Shown here piece after piece: positions 19,722 to 30,066 of a DNA stretch of 64,000 nucleotides. A model generated the notes under the pieces. That model was not told where the DNA came from and made no database searches. It worked only from the letters and a program-made list of their open reading frames with translations. Position numbers and translations under genes: made by a program. Source of the stretch: Candidatus Krumholzibacteriota bacterium (lineage in GTDB: Bacteria; Krumholzibacteriota; Krumholzibacteriia; Krumholzibacteriales; Krumholzibacteriaceae); NCBI GenBank assembly GCA_030609325.1, contig JAUWCL010000001.1, positions 2,208 through 66,207 of the forward strand. Reading direction: 5' to 3'. Within the stretch, counting starts at the first letter, position 1; each line of letters opens with the position of its first letter.

Positions 19722-21236
19722 TCAGCCGTCCCTTCCCGTTTCGGGCCGCATCGCGGGGAAGAGGATGACGTCCCTGATGGAATGCGAATCGGTGAGGAGC
19801 ATCACGAGACGATCGATCCCGATGCCCAGCCCCCCCGTCGGAGGCATCCCGTGCTCGAGAGCCCTGAGGTAGTTCTCGTCGACAGGGTGCGTCTCGTCGG
19901 CGCCCTCCTGCCTCATCCTCGTCTGCTGTTCGAAGCGCTCGCGCTGGTCGAGCGGGTCGTTGAGTTCGCTGAACGCGTTGCCCATCTCGAACCCGGCTAT
20001 GTACGGCTCGAACCTCTCGACGAGGCCCTTCTCGCTCCTGTGCATCTTGGCGAGCGGCGACAGCTCGACCGGGTAGTCGGTTATGAAGACCGGCTGTATC
20101 AGATGTGGCTCGACCAGCTCTGAGAAGATCTCGTCGATCAGGCCCACCCATCCCGAGACTCCCTCGAGATTGATGCCGCATCTTTCCGCTGTCTTTCGGA
20201 GCTCCTCTTCGGAGGCCTCGCGAAGGTCCTTGCCCGTCTTCTCCTTTATCGATTCGAAGAAGGGCAGCCTCCTCCACGGAGTGGCCAGATCGATCTCCTG
20301 CTCTCCGTACTTTATCTTCGTCGTCCCCAGCACCTCGTCGGCGAGCTTCTGGTACAGGGTCTCGACGAACTCCATCATGTCGTTGTAGTCCCAGTAGGCG
20401 GCATAGCATTCGAGCATCGTGAACTCCGGGTTGTGCGACCTGTCCATACCCTCGTTCCTGAAATCCTTGCAGAACTCGTATACACGCTCCATCCCGCCGA
20501 CGATCAGCCTCTTGAGATAGAGCTCGTCGGCAATCCTGAGATAGAGCTTCATGTCGAGGGCGTTGTGATGGGTGACGAACGGCCTCGCCATCGCGCCGCC
20601 GTATATCGGCTGCAGGACAGGTGTCTCGACCTCGAGAAAATCCCGCTCGTTGAGAAATGACCTGATCGTGTCGATTATCCTCGCCCTCGTCCTGAAGACC
20701 TCCATTACCTCGTCGTTCACTATCAGGTCGACGTAACGCTGCCTGTACCTGAGCTCCTTGTCCTGCAGACCGTGATACTTCTCGGGGAGCGGAAGAAGCG
20801 ACTTGGACAGGAGCTCGAGCCCCTTCACCTTTATCGTCAGCTCGCCGGTCTTCGTTCGGAAGAGAGAACCTGAGAGTCCGACGACGTCGCCGACATCGAG
20901 GAGCCTGAAGGTCTTCCACGTCTTCTCATCGACCCCGGCGTCCTTGATGTAAAACTGCAGGCTGCCCGTGCCGTCCTTGAGGTTCCCGAACGACGTGTGG
21001 CCGTGCCCCCTTATCGCCATTATCCGCCCCGCTACCGACACCGACGCGCCATCGGTGGAAAGAGATCCCTCGTTCTCCATCGTCTCGATCAGCGAATGCG
21101 TGCGCTCGAACCTGTAGGGATAGGGGTTTACTCCCAGCCTGCGCAGCTCCTCCAGCTTGCGGATGCGCTCGTCCCTCTCCCGTCCCCCTTCCTTTTTTTC
21201 CTTGTCGCTCACCTTCAGCTCTTCCTTTCCTTCCAT
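19722..21236 (-). CDS. lysS: Lysine--tRNA ligase
   Basis: 504 aa class II aaRS with an N-terminal OB anticodon-binding domain and motifs 1-3 (FRNEG..., [10 protein letters not shown]). Confidence 0.9.
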   Translation of the reverse strand: MEGKEELKVSDKEKKEGGRERDERIRKLEELRRLGVNPYPYRFERTHSLIETMENEGSLSTDGASVSVAGRIMAIRGHGHTSFGNLKDGTGSLQFYIKDAGVDEKTWKTFRLLDVGDVVGLSGSLFRTKTGELTIKVKGLELLSKSLLPLPEKYHGLQDKELRYRQRYVDLIVNDEVMEVFRTRARIIDTIRSFLNERDFLEVETPVLQPIYGGAMARPFVTHHNALDMKLYLRIADELYLKRLIVGGMERVYEFCKDFRNEGMDRSHNPEFTMLECYAAYWDYNDMMEFVETLYQKLADEVLGTTKIKYGEQEIDLATPWRRLPFFESIKEKTGKDLREASEEELRKTAERCGINLEGVSGWVGLIDEIFSELVEPHLIQPVFITDYPVELSPLAKMHRSEKGLVERFEPYIAGFEMGNAFSELNDPLDQRERFEQQTRMRQEGADETHPVDENYLRALEHGMPPTGGLGIGIDRLVMLLTDSHSIRDVILFPAMRPETGRDG

Positions 21237-22316
21237 TTCAGATAACCTTCCATGAACTGCTCAATATTGCCGTCCATCACGGACTGTATATTCCCCGTCT
21301 GGACCCCGGTCCTGTGGTCCTTCACCATCGTGTAGGGATGGAATACATAACTCCTGATCTGGTTGCCCCAGGAGATGTCCTTCTTTTCGCCGGCGACCGC
21401 GGCCTGCTTCTCGGTCTCCTCCTCCATCAGCTTCGTATAGATACGCGATCGCAGGACCTTCATCGCCATCTCCCTGTTCCTGTGCTGCGAGCGCTCGTTC
21501 TGGCACTGCACCACTATCCCTGTGGGGAAATGGGTGATCCTCACCGCCGAGGAGGTCTTGTTGACGTGCTGTCCGCCCGCCCCACTCGCCCTGTACGTAT
21601 CGAGCCGGATGTCGTCGGGATTGATATCGACCTCGATCTTGTCGTCGATCTCGGGGTAGATGTGCACGGCCGCGAAGGATGTGTGGCGCCTGTGATTGGC
21701 ATCGAACGGCGAGATCCTCACGAGCCGGTGGATCCCGCTCTCCGACTTGAGCCTGCCGAACGCCAGCTCTCCGCGCACCTCGATCGTCGCGTTCTTTATC
21801 CCGGCCTCGTCACCTGGCTGCAGGTCGAGCATCCTGAACGCGTATCCCTTCGTCTCGAGGAACCTCGTATACATGCGCAGCAGCATCTCCGCCCAGTCCT
21901 GGGACTCGGTCCCGCCCGCTCCCGGATGGATGTTCATTATCGCGTTGCCTCGATCGTTCTCCCCGGAGAGCAGGACGGCCATCTCGAATTCGGCCAGCCT
22001 TCTGCCGATCCGCTCCAGTTCGTCCCCGATATCGGCCAGGATCGATTCATCCTCCTCACCGAGAGCGATCAGCTCCTTGAGGGAGTCGATATCAGATTTC
22101 ATCTTTTTGTAGGGATCGAGCCTGCTCTTGAACTCCTTGAGCCTTGATACGAGTTTCTCGGCGCTTTCCCGGTCGTTCCAGAAATCGGGCGCGGCCATCT
22201 TCTTCTCGATCTCCGCCACCCCGGCCGTCATCGTCTCCAGGTCAAAGATACTCCTTGAGGCTGAGCAGCTGCTGTTCTGTCCTTGCGGCGGCTTCCGCCG
22301 CTTCCTTCGACGACAA
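21215..22316 (-). CDS. prfB: Peptide chain release factor 2, expressed via a programmed +1 frameshift. Frame 0 runs from TTG 22316 to CUU 22247-22245, followed by UGA 22244-22242; the +1 frame then continues from GAC 22243 to 21215.
   Basis: The downstream ORF carries the GGQ motif ([11 protein letters not shown]) and SPF-type RF2 features. Upstream frame 0 encodes [24 protein letters not shown], ending at CUU UGA C, preceded by an SD-like AAGGAG 3 nt upstream. See the finding for detail. Confidence 0.85.
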
Positions 22317-22327
22317 CCTCTCCTGCA

Positions 22328-22948
22328 TCACCATTTCCTCCGCGACCGGCCGTATTCCTCGAGAAACTCATCTCTTATGCGCGCCGCCTCTTTCCTGACC
22401 TCGGCGATAGGGATGTCGGTGTCCAGCCTGACACCGGCCTTCTCCCAGTCCTCGAACAGGTCCCTCTGGCGCTCGATGCGCAGTTCGGCCTCCTTCCTGT
22501 CGAAACCGTTCCTGCGCATCATCCTGCGGATGCGGACCTCTTCCGGCGCGTCCGTCAGCACCACGAGGTCCGCCTTGAGTCTGAATTTATACTGTAAAAA
22601 CAGCACGGCATCAAGGACTATGTATTTCGAGGTCTCCGCGAGCTCCATGAGTCTTTCCCTCGCCAGCTTCTTTACATACGGACGGATCAGCCTGTTCAGC
22701 CTGTCGAGTTTTTTCTGGTCGGAGAAGACCATTCCGGCGAGCCTCAGGCGCGTCACCCTCCCGTCGCCGTCCATGACCTCCGGGCCAAACTCTTCTCCGA
22801 GCTTCTCTGTGAAGCCGGGATCCTCAAGCGCCGCGTGGGCGAGCGCATCGCCATCGACGTAGACGCCCCCCCCTTCGGCCATCACCCTCGCGACTGTAGA
22901 CTTACCCGAGGCGATCGGCCCCGTCACCACTATGAGAGGTACTTTCAT
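22328..22948 (-). CDS. coaE: Dephospho-CoA kinase
   Basis: 206 aa with P-loop GPIASGKST. Its start overlaps the polA stop (ATGA). Confidence 0.85.
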   Translation of the reverse strand: MKVPLIVVTGPIASGKSTVARVMAEGGGVYVDGDALAHAALEDPGFTEKLGEEFGPEVMDGDGRVTRLRLAGMVFSDQKKLDRLNRLIRPYVKKLARERLMELAETSKYIVLDAVLFLQYKFRLKADLVVLTDAPEEVRIRRMMRRNGFDRKEAELRIERQRDLFEDWEKAGVRLDTDIPIAEVRKEAARIRDEFLEEYGRSRRKW

Positions 22949-25659
22949 CCGTGTGCCTCCAGCCAGTCGACGCCCGTGCCTACCTCTACCTTCAGTGGAA
23001 CATCGAGCTCCACGGCGGCCTCCATCTTCTCCCTGACGAACTCGATCACCCGCCCCTTCTCGCCGAGCGGTACGTCGAATACAAGCTCGTCGTGGACCTG
23101 AAGCACCATCCTGGCCCCCAGGCCTTCCTCCGTTATCGCGGCATCGATACCTATCATCGCTATCTTGATCATATCGGCGGCCGTACCCTGTATCGGCATA
23201 TTCACCGCGATCCGCTCGGCGAAGCTCCTCAGCCTGCCGTCGCCCGAATCTATCTCCGGGAGCGGCCGGCGCCTGCCGAGCAGCGTCTCCGCATAGCCCT
23301 TCTCCCGGGCGCTCTCCTTGGAGCTTTCTATGAAATCCCTGATCCCCGGGTATTTTTCGAAGTACTCGTCGATGAATCCCTTCGCCTCGTCGAAGGGGAT
23401 CCTAAGCTGCTGGGAGAGCGCCCTCGGACCCTGCCCGTACATCACCCCGAAATTGATCGTCTTCGCGCCCGAGCGCATCTCGTGCGTCACATCTTCCTCT
23501 ACTACCCCGAATATCCTCGCCGCCGTGCGTGTGTGTATGTCGGCTTCTTCCCTGAAGGCAGCCACCAGCTCCGGATCGCCTGAGAGATGGGCCATTATCC
23601 TCAACTCTATCTGCGAGTAGTCGGCATCGATCAGTATATTCCCCTTCCGGGGCACGAAAGCCTCCCTGATCCGCTTTCCCATCTCGGTACGAATCGGGAT
23701 ATTTTGCAGATTTGGATCGCTCGACGACAGGCGTCCGGTGGCCGTCACAGTCTGGTTGAACGAGGTGTGGATCCTTCCCGTCTTTCCGCTGACCAGTTTC
23801 GGCAGCGAATCGATATAGGTGCCGGCGAGCTTGGTGAGCTGCCTGTACTCGAGTATCAGGCCCGCTATCGGGTTCTCCACCGCCAGTTCGGTAAGTACCC
23901 TGACGTCGGTCGACCAGCCTGTCTTCGTCTTCCTCGCCGAGGGCAGGCCCAGTTTCTCGAAGAGGATATGCTGGAGCTGCTTCCCCGAGTTGATATTGAA
24001 CGTCTCGCCGGCGAGACCGTAGATCTCCCCGGTAAGTCTGTCGAGCTCGGTGGCAACATTCCCGGAGAGCGCCTTCAGCCTGTTCGTGTCGACTCCCATC
24101 CCCTCGCGCTCCATCCTCTTGAGGACGAAGCTCAGGGGCATCTCGATATCGGTGAAGAGCTTCCCCGCGTCGGTTTCTTCCAGGTCGGGTTCGAAGAGCT
24201 CCCGCAGCCGGAACGTATAGTCGGCGTCCTCGCAGGCATATTCTGCGAGCCTCCCGGGGGGAACTGTCCTGATGTCCTTCCTCCGGTCGCCCTTTTCGAA
24301 GAGTTCCTGGTAGGAGATCATCCTGTGGCGGAAATAGTCCATCGCGAGGTTGTCGAGCGAATGCGAGCGCCTCGACGGATCGATGCAGTACGACGCTATC
24401 ATCGTGTCCCACGTCACGTTTCCCGCGGGCAGCCCATGCGCCTCGAGCACCATCAGGTCGTACTTTATATTGTGCCCGGTCTTCTCCGTCACATCGCTTT
24501 TCAGGACCGAACCGAGCACCTCTCTCACCTTCTCCAGCGGAATACCCGAGGAGTCTCCGTCCAAGTCGAAGAGACCCGTATCTTCCCTCGCCTCGCGTGA
24601 CTCCACGGGAACGAAGAATGCCCGGCCCGCCTCGCAGCAGAACGAGATCCCTACGAGCTCGGCTTCGAGAGGATCGAGAGACGTCGTCTCCGTGTCCAGC
24701 GCGAAACCGCCCGCCTCGGTGAGGACGGAAGCAAGGTTCTTGAGACCCGCCTCTTCGACCATGCTGTAATGCGTCGATGAGGCCGAAACGCTCCGCCCGA
24801 GATCGAGTTCCTTTATCACCTGGTTGAATTCAAGGTCGAGGAGCATGTCGAGAAGTGCGGCCTCGTCCCTCTCCCCCTTACCGAGCTGGTCGAAGGTGAT
24901 GTCGAGGGGTACGTCGATCAGTGTCACGAGATTCCTCGACATCAGCGCATCCTCTCTGCCCTCCTCTATCTTCCCGCGCACGTGGGCCGGTTCGATCTCC
25001 CGGCTTCTCTCGAGTATCGCGTCGAGGGAACCGAAATCCCGCAGAAGCTTAAGCGCCGTCTTCTCGCCTATCCCCTTCACGCCGGGTATGTTGTCCACGC
25101 TGTCCCCCATCAGGGCGAGCAGATCGACGACCTGGTCCGGACGGAGACCGTATTTCTCCGCGACCATGTCGGGGCCCGCCACGTCGGCAAGATTGGTCCC
25201 CTTGCCGGGACGGATGATCCTGACCCGGTCGGAGAGGAGTTGGAAGAGGTCCTTGTCACCCGACACTATCCTCACGTCCATACCGCTCGCCTCGGCCTCA
25301 CCGGCCAGAGTGGCGATAATGTCGTCCGCCTCGTAACCCGGCTTGACGATCACCGGTATCCCCATCGCCTCGAGCATCTCGACGATGACGGGGAACTGGG
25401 GGGATAGATCGTCGGGCATCTCCTCTCTGTTCGCCTTGTAGTCGGAGTATTCCCTGTGGCGCCCTGTCTCCTCCTCGCTGTCGAAGACGCAGGCAAGCAT
25501 CTCCGGATCGTAGCGTTCGACGAGCTGCAGAACCGTTCGCAGGAATCCGTATACGGCGCTGGTGTTTTCCCCGCGCGAGTTCGTCAGCGGATCTCTAATG
25601 AAAGCGTAATACGACCTGTAGGCGATGGCGTGCCCATCGATCAGGAATAGTGCCATCAC
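22945..25659 (-). CDS. polA: DNA polymerase I
   Basis: 904 aa with a 5'-3' exonuclease domain (MMALFLIDGHAIAYRSYYA), a 3'-5' exonuclease domain and a family A polymerase domain (RRxAKxINFGxxYG, QVHDELV). Confidence 0.95.
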   Translation of the reverse strand: MMALFLIDGHAIAYRSYYAFIRDPLTNSRGENTSAVYGFLRTVLQLVERYDPEMLACVFDSEEETGRHREYSDYKANREEMPDDLSPQFPVIVEMLEAMGIPVIVKPGYEADDIIATLAGEAEASGMDVRIVSGDKDLFQLLSDRVRIIRPGKGTNLADVAGPDMVAEKYGLRPDQVVDLLALMGDSVDNIPGVKGIGEKTALKLLRDFGSLDAILERSREIEPAHVRGKIEEGREDALMSRNLVTLIDVPLDITFDQLGKGERDEAALLDMLLDLEFNQVIKELDLGRSVSASSTHYSMVEEAGLKNLASVLTEAGGFALDTETTSLDPLEAELVGISFCCEAGRAFFVPVESREAREDTGLFDLDGDSSGIPLEKVREVLGSVLKSDVTEKTGHNIKYDLMVLEAHGLPAGNVTWDTMIASYCIDPSRRSHSLDNLAMDYFRHRMISYQELFEKGDRRKDIRTVPPGRLAEYACEDADYTFRLRELFEPDLEETDAGKLFTDIEMPLSFVLKRMEREGMGVDTNRLKALSGNVATELDRLTGEIYGLAGETFNINSGKQLQHILFEKLGLPSARKTKTGWSTDVRVLTELAVENPIAGLILEYRQLTKLAGTYIDSLPKLVSGKTGRIHTSFNQTVTATGRLSSSDPNLQNIPIRTEMGKRIREAFVPRKGNILIDADYSQIELRIMAHLSGDPELVAAFREEADIHTRTAARIFGVVEEDVTHEMRSGAKTINFGVMYGQGPRALSQQLRIPFDEAKGFIDEYFEKYPGIRDFIESSKESAREKGYAETLLGRRRPLPEIDSGDGRLRSFAERIAVNMPIQGTAADMIKIAMIGIDAAITEEGLGARMVLQVHDELVFDVPLGEKGRVIEFVREKMEAAVELDVPLKVEVGTGVDWLEAHG

Positions 25660-25671
25660 GGCCCTCCGTCG

Positions 25672-26265
25672 TCAGATGTCAGAATACAGTCCCCTGGCGC
25701 CTATATACCGCTCGACCGGTCCCGGGACGAGGTACCTGATCGTCCGTCCCTCCCGGACCCTGCTCCTTATCTCACTCGACGAGATCGTGTTGGCGCCCGT
25801 CTCGAGAATCATCACCACTGCTCCGGCGGGAGGCGCGGGAAGATCGCCGCTGCCGGGACGTGTCATCGAGATGATCGTCGCGTTGTCGAATATCGCGTCG
25901 GGATTCCGCCACTTCCCCATCTCCGAGAGGGAGTCGCCGCCTACGATCAGGTGAAGCCTCTCCCTGCCGTACCCGGTGTTCGAGTAATGAAGCACCGATT
26001 CCCACGTGTAGGACGGTCCTTCGGATCTTTCTATGAGGGAGAGCTCGAACAGGTCGTTTCCCTCGATTGCGAGGCGGACCATCGCGATGCGGTCCTCAAA
26101 AGGTGAGAGCGTCCTGCCTGTCTTGTGCGGGGGTGCGGATGTCGGCACGAAAAGCACCCTGTCCAGGCCGGCGAAATCCGCCGCCATCTGCGCGAGGATC
26201 AGGTGCCCGGTATGCACGGGATCGAACGACCCCCCGAACAGCCCTATCCTTTCTCCGTCAGCCAC
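25672..26265 (-). CDS. nadD: Nicotinate-nucleotide adenylyltransferase
   Basis: GLFGGSFDPVHTGH (H/TxGH) nucleotidyltransferase motif, 197 aa. Confidence 0.85.
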   Translation of the reverse strand: MADGERIGLFGGSFDPVHTGHLILAQMAADFAGLDRVLFVPTSAPPHKTGRTLSPFEDRIAMVRLAIEGNDLFELSLIERSEGPSYTWESVLHYSNTGYGRERLHLIVGGDSLSEMGKWRNPDAIFDNATIISMTRPGSGDLPAPPAGAVVMILETGANTISSSEIRSRVREGRTIRYLVPGPVERYIGARGLYSDI

Positions 26266-27073
26266 CTGGATTCTCTTTCGAAAGTTTTTTCAGCTGCGCC
26301 GAGGCCGATTTCTTCTCCTGAAAATCATACTTCGACTGCACGGCTCTGCTGTAGGATTCCGTCGCGACGCCGTTCTCGCCAATCGACTGCCTTATGTACC
26401 CGATGTAGTACCAGCTCCTGCCGGCCCACTGCGTGTCGGGGTGCTCATCGACTACTTTTCTGAAGTATATCTCCGCCGCACCGTAATGCTTCCTCTTGAA
26501 ATAGAGCTTCGCGCTCTGATATGCCTTCTTCCCGAGCACATCATGGATATCTTCGCGGACCTTCAGGGCCTCCTCCCTGCGCGGGCTGTCGGGGAATATC
26601 TCGAGGAAACGCTCGATCCGTGCAAATGCCTCGTACGAATGGGTCTGGTCCCTTTCTGCCCTCTGCGTCATTTCGAAGGCGCACAGGCCCTCGAGGAAGA
26701 AGGCGTCGTCGATATACTCGCTGTATCCATAATCCGCAATCAGTATCCTGTATTCGACGGAGGCGAGGGCATACTCCCTGGCGCCCCTGTACGACTCGGC
26801 CAGCATGAACTGGGCGTAGTCACCCCTCTCATCCCCGGCGAAGACGGCGAGGAAGTCCTTGTACTCCATGCCTGCCTGCGCATACTTCTTCCTTGCGTAG
26901 AGGTCGTCCGCGATCCTCAGCTTCTCGTCGGGAACGTTTACGCTACGGGCGGAGTACGGCCCGCCGCACGAGACAAGCGCTGCCGCACAGACAACCAGAA
27001 CGGCCAGGGCCCTAACGGAGATTTTTCTTCCTATCCGCCTCAATCCTCTCGATCCTTTCCTTGGCCTTTTCAA
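26258..27073 (-). CDS. bamD: BamD-like outer membrane lipoprotein with TPR-like repeats. The start is probably internal, because the ORF-track start overlaps the upstream gene by 61 nt.
   Basis: Lipobox LVSCGG, then TPR-like helices with a BamD-type pattern (YxxAxxxYxxG repeats, FPDSPRREEAL). Confidence 0.6.
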   Translation of the reverse strand: MKRPRKGSRGLRRIGRKISVRALAVLVVCAAALVSCGGPYSARSVNVPDEKLRIADDLYARKKYAQAGMEYKDFLAVFAGDERGDYAQFMLAESYRGAREYALASVEYRILIADYGYSEYIDDAFFLEGLCAFEMTQRAERDQTHSYEAFARIERFLEIFPDSPRREEALKVREDIHDVLGKKAYQSAKLYFKRKHYGAAEIYFRKVVDEHPDTQWAGRSWYYIGYIRQSIGENGVATESYSRAVQSKYDFQEKKSASAQLKKLSKENPGG

Positions 27074-27950
27074 CGAGCCTTCCGCTCGATCCGAGGTTAA
27101 GGTTTACGACTTCGGTGTAATAGCGCACGGCGGTCGGGTAGTCCGCTCTCGATTCGTATATCTCCGCGAGCAGGAAGTTCGCCTTCTCTCTGACGAGCAG
27201 ATTCCCCGCCGTCTCCACCAGCTCGCCGAGTATCCGTTCGGCCTCTTCGGGCTCACCGCCCGACAGCATCTCCTTGCCCGAATCGAGAAGTAGGTTCTCG
27301 AGCTTCCACCGGGCCGTGCTTATCATCCTGCTCCTGGGGTACCGGTCCTGAAAAACCCTGTAGAGATGGATCGCCTCGAGAATGTCGCCGTGTCCCTCGT
27401 ACGCCGCTCCCAGATCCATCATCACCGCCGCGGCGCCGGCCGTGTCGGGAAATTCTTCGAGGAAGGCGGTATAATAATGTATCGCCCCCCGGTAATCCTT
27501 CCTGTCGAGCATAAGGTCTCCGGCAAGCCCGTCGAACCGGCCGAAATCGAGATCCTGCTCGTAATTCACCGCCTGGATGATGAACCGGCTTCCCTTCGCC
27601 GTCAGTCCCTTCTCGAGGCTTTCGAGAGCCTCGTGCCTCAGCACGCCGGCTATCATCTCAGCCCATGTCGAGTCGCTGCTGAACACCTCGGCAAAGCTGT
27701 CCGAGGCCTCGGCCTCTATACCAAGCCTCATGTACGATTTGCCGGCGAGGAAGAGGAGCTCCGGCGTACGCTCGCCGCCCCTGCGGAAGTGATGCCTCAC
27801 GATGTAGAGACCCTCGCGGTAGTGACCCTTCGCGTACTTCTCCTCGACCTGCTCGAGCACTGTCTTACTTCCGCACGAGGCCGAGACAGCAGTCATTACG
27901 GCAAGCCCGAGGCATGCGAGCCTTCTGAAGTGAAGTCGGAAGACTATCAT
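27012..27950 (-). CDS. TPR-repeat lipoprotein
   Basis: Signal peptide plus lipobox (VSASCGS), followed by multiple TPR-like repeats. Confidence 0.55.
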   Translation of the reverse strand: MIVFRLHFRRLACLGLAVMTAVSASCGSKTVLEQVEEKYAKGHYREGLYIVRHHFRRGGERTPELLFLAGKSYMRLGIEAEASDSFAEVFSSDSTWAEMIAGVLRHEALESLEKGLTAKGSRFIIQAVNYEQDLDFGRFDGLAGDLMLDRKDYRGAIHYYTAFLEEFPDTAGAAAVMMDLGAAYEGHGDILEAIHLYRVFQDRYPRSRMISTARWKLENLLLDSGKEMLSGGEPEEAERILGELVETAGNLLVREKANFLLAEIYESRADYPTAVRYYTEVVNLNLGSSGRLVEKAKERIERIEADRKKNLR

Positions 27951-27962
27951 CCGCCTCCCGGT

Positions 27963-28652
27963 TCAGTTGGAATCCTGATTTGAGAAGAACAGGTATACCA
28001 GGCCCACGACGATTCCGGTGACGATAACGGGTTCGACGAACCTGCTCCATCGGATCTCGTCCCTGACCGGGATGGTGAAATCGTGCGTGGGATCCTCTAC
28101 GCGTTCGAGCAGCGAATACGCAATCCTGTCCTCGTACTTCTTTTGTGCCTCCCCGACCCATACGATCTCGCCGGTTGCGGAATCGAGCAGTTTGACGAAT
28201 ATGCCCACTTCGGCGAACCTTTCGACCTCTTTCGCCCCGACCCAGTAACTCCGGCCGATCTCCGGATACTTTATAGAATAACTGAGAATCTGGTAGGAGA
28301 ACACGTATTCGGCGATCTCCGCCTGGTCCATGTCCTTGGTCTTGGAGGCGATGCGAAGGCCCGCCCTGGTCATCTTCCTGACCAGCTCGTTCTCGAAGAC
28401 CTTGTCGATGCCCGAGTCGATGCCCCTCTCCTTCCTGACGAGGACGATGGTCTCCCTGGCGATCGAGGGCATATTCCCGGCCAGCTCGTCGAGAGCCCCG
28501 CCGGCTATCTTCTCGAGGATCTCGTAGTTCGTTATCGTTTTCTCGCCTGTCCCCTGGGGAGAGCTTACGGCCGGAAATGTCGTTATCAAAATAGCCAGGC
28601 AGAGCATCGCTGTCATCCTGGCTAGAAGTCTTTCGTCTCTGAAGCGATTCAC
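27963..28652 (-). CDS. Hypothetical secreted / membrane-anchored protein (GTG start)
   Basis: GTG start with GGAGG 7 nt upstream, an N-terminal signal peptide and a C-terminal hydrophobic helix (VIVTGIVVGLVYLFF). Confidence 0.5.
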   Translation of the reverse strand: MNRFRDERLLARMTAMLCLAILITTFPAVSSPQGTGEKTITNYEILEKIAGGALDELAGNMPSIARETIVLVRKERGIDSGIDKVFENELVRKMTRAGLRIASKTKDMDQAEIAEYVFSYQILSYSIKYPEIGRSYWVGAKEVERFAEVGIFVKLLDSATGEIVWVGEAQKKYEDRIAYSLLERVEDPTHDFTIPVRDEIRWSRFVEPVIVTGIVVGLVYLFFSNQDSN

Positions 28653-28752
28653 GAAATACCTCCAATAGGAGCGTCACAATCTATTTATAGACGGTACAGG
28701 TCGAAAGATTCCACCTTAACGCAGAATATAATCAGCATTTACGGAGTCAATG

Positions 28753-30066
28753 TCAAATGAAATCTCCAGCAGGCCGGGCGAAAAGATCATACACCTCGGA
28801 TCGTTCCACGACGGCCCTTCCCATCGTCCCCGGGAGCACCCCCGAATCCTCGAGCCAGGTTGTCCCATCGATCTCGGGAGCCTGTCCGTACCACCGTCCC
28901 GACAATGCCGCTTCCGTCCGGGTATCGACGAGCACGTCGATCTCCTTCCCCACCATTTCGTCCAGGATATCGGCGGAAATGTCGAATTGAAGCGATGAAA
29001 GCTCCTCCAGCCTCTCGCTTACGACCTCGTCCGCCACCCGGTCATCGAGACTCGAGGCGGGCGTCCCGCGCTCCGGCGACCACCTGAATATACCCGCGTG
29101 GTCGAACATGTACTCCTCGAGAAAGCCGGCGAGACGAGCGAAATCCTCCGCGGACTCGCCGGGGAATCCGGTCATCAGGGTCGTGCGTATCACAAGGCCC
29201 TCTACCGAGGATCTGAGGGTGTCGAACATCCTTCGCAGGTCCCTCTCCGTATAACCCCTCCCCATCCGAGAGAGGACCGGGTCCGAGACATGCTGGATGG
29301 GGATGTCGAGGTACGGTATCACCTTCGTCGACCTGATGATCCCGGAGAGTCTTTCCGCATCTACGCGCGCCGGATGGAGATACATGAGCCTTATCCAGTC
29401 GAGGCCGCCGATATCCGATATCCCCTCCAGAAGTGCATGGAGGTCCTCCCCGCTTCCCGTGTCGCTGCCCCAGGCGGTCGTATCCTGCGCGATGACGATC
29501 AGTTCCCTGACACCCGACCGTGCGAGCCGGGAAGCCTCTTCCAGAATCTCTTCCCGCTGGCGGCTCGCCAGGTCTCCCCTTATTGACGGGATCGTGCAGT
29601 AGCTGCACCTGTTCGAGCACCCCTCGGATATCTTCAGGTAGGCGGAGTGCGGCGGAGTGAACAGCCTCCTTCCCGCCTCCCCCGGGACCGGCCCGGCTAC
29701 GGCGTCAGCCAGGCCGTCCATCGACTCCACGTCGAGAAAGATATCGACCTCGGGCATGAGATCCTCGAGTCTTGCTCCTTCCCTGGTGACGAGACATCCC
29801 AGCACCGCGAGAAGCTGCCAGTCCTCCCTCGCAGCGGCAATCTCGAGGATCTGCTCCACCGATTCCTCTTCTGCCGCCTCGATGAACGCGCAGGTGGTCA
29901 CGACGAGCAACCCTGCCCCGGCGGGATCAGCCGCCTCAGACCACCCCGCCGCCTCGAGGCGGGCCGCGGCCCTTTCCGCGTCCACGAGGTTCTTGGGACA
30001 ACCGAGATTGTAGAAATGATAGGTCGCCGGGCGGGCGATGTTATCTGCTTCTCTCGTATTCTTCAC
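28753..30066 (-). CDS. rimO: Ribosomal protein S12 methylthiotransferase
   Basis: N-terminal MTTase domain (YNLGCPKNLVDAE, RimO-like), radical-SAM CSNRCSYC, and a C-terminal TRAM domain. 437 aa. Confidence 0.85.
   Translation of the reverse strand: MKNTREADNIARPATYHFYNLGCPKNLVDAERAAARLEAAGWSEAADPAGAGLLVVTTCAFIEAAEEESVEQILEIAAAREDWQLLAVLGCLVTREGARLEDLMPEVDIFLDVESMDGLADAVAGPVPGEAGRRLFTPPHSAYLKISEGCSNRCSYCTIPSIRGDLASRQREEILEEASRLARSGVRELIVIAQDTTAWGSDTGSGEDLHALLEGISDIGGLDWIRLMYLHPARVDAERLSGIIRSTKVIPYLDIPIQHVSDPVLSRMGRGYTERDLRRMFDTLRSSVEGLVIRTTLMTGFPGESAEDFARLAGFLEEYMFDHAGIFRWSPERGTPASSLDDRVADEVVSERLEELSSLQFDISADILDEMVGKEIDVLVDTRTEAALSGRWYGQAPEIDGTTWLEDSGVLPGTMGRAVVERSEVYDLFARPAGDFI

Noticed and set aside
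22240-22247. Single GGTCAAA heptad, half of a CtsR-box consensus
   Set aside because: It is the complement of the prfB CUU-UGA-C frameshift site and is not duplicated. No second heptad follows, so it is coincidental and not a CtsR operator.
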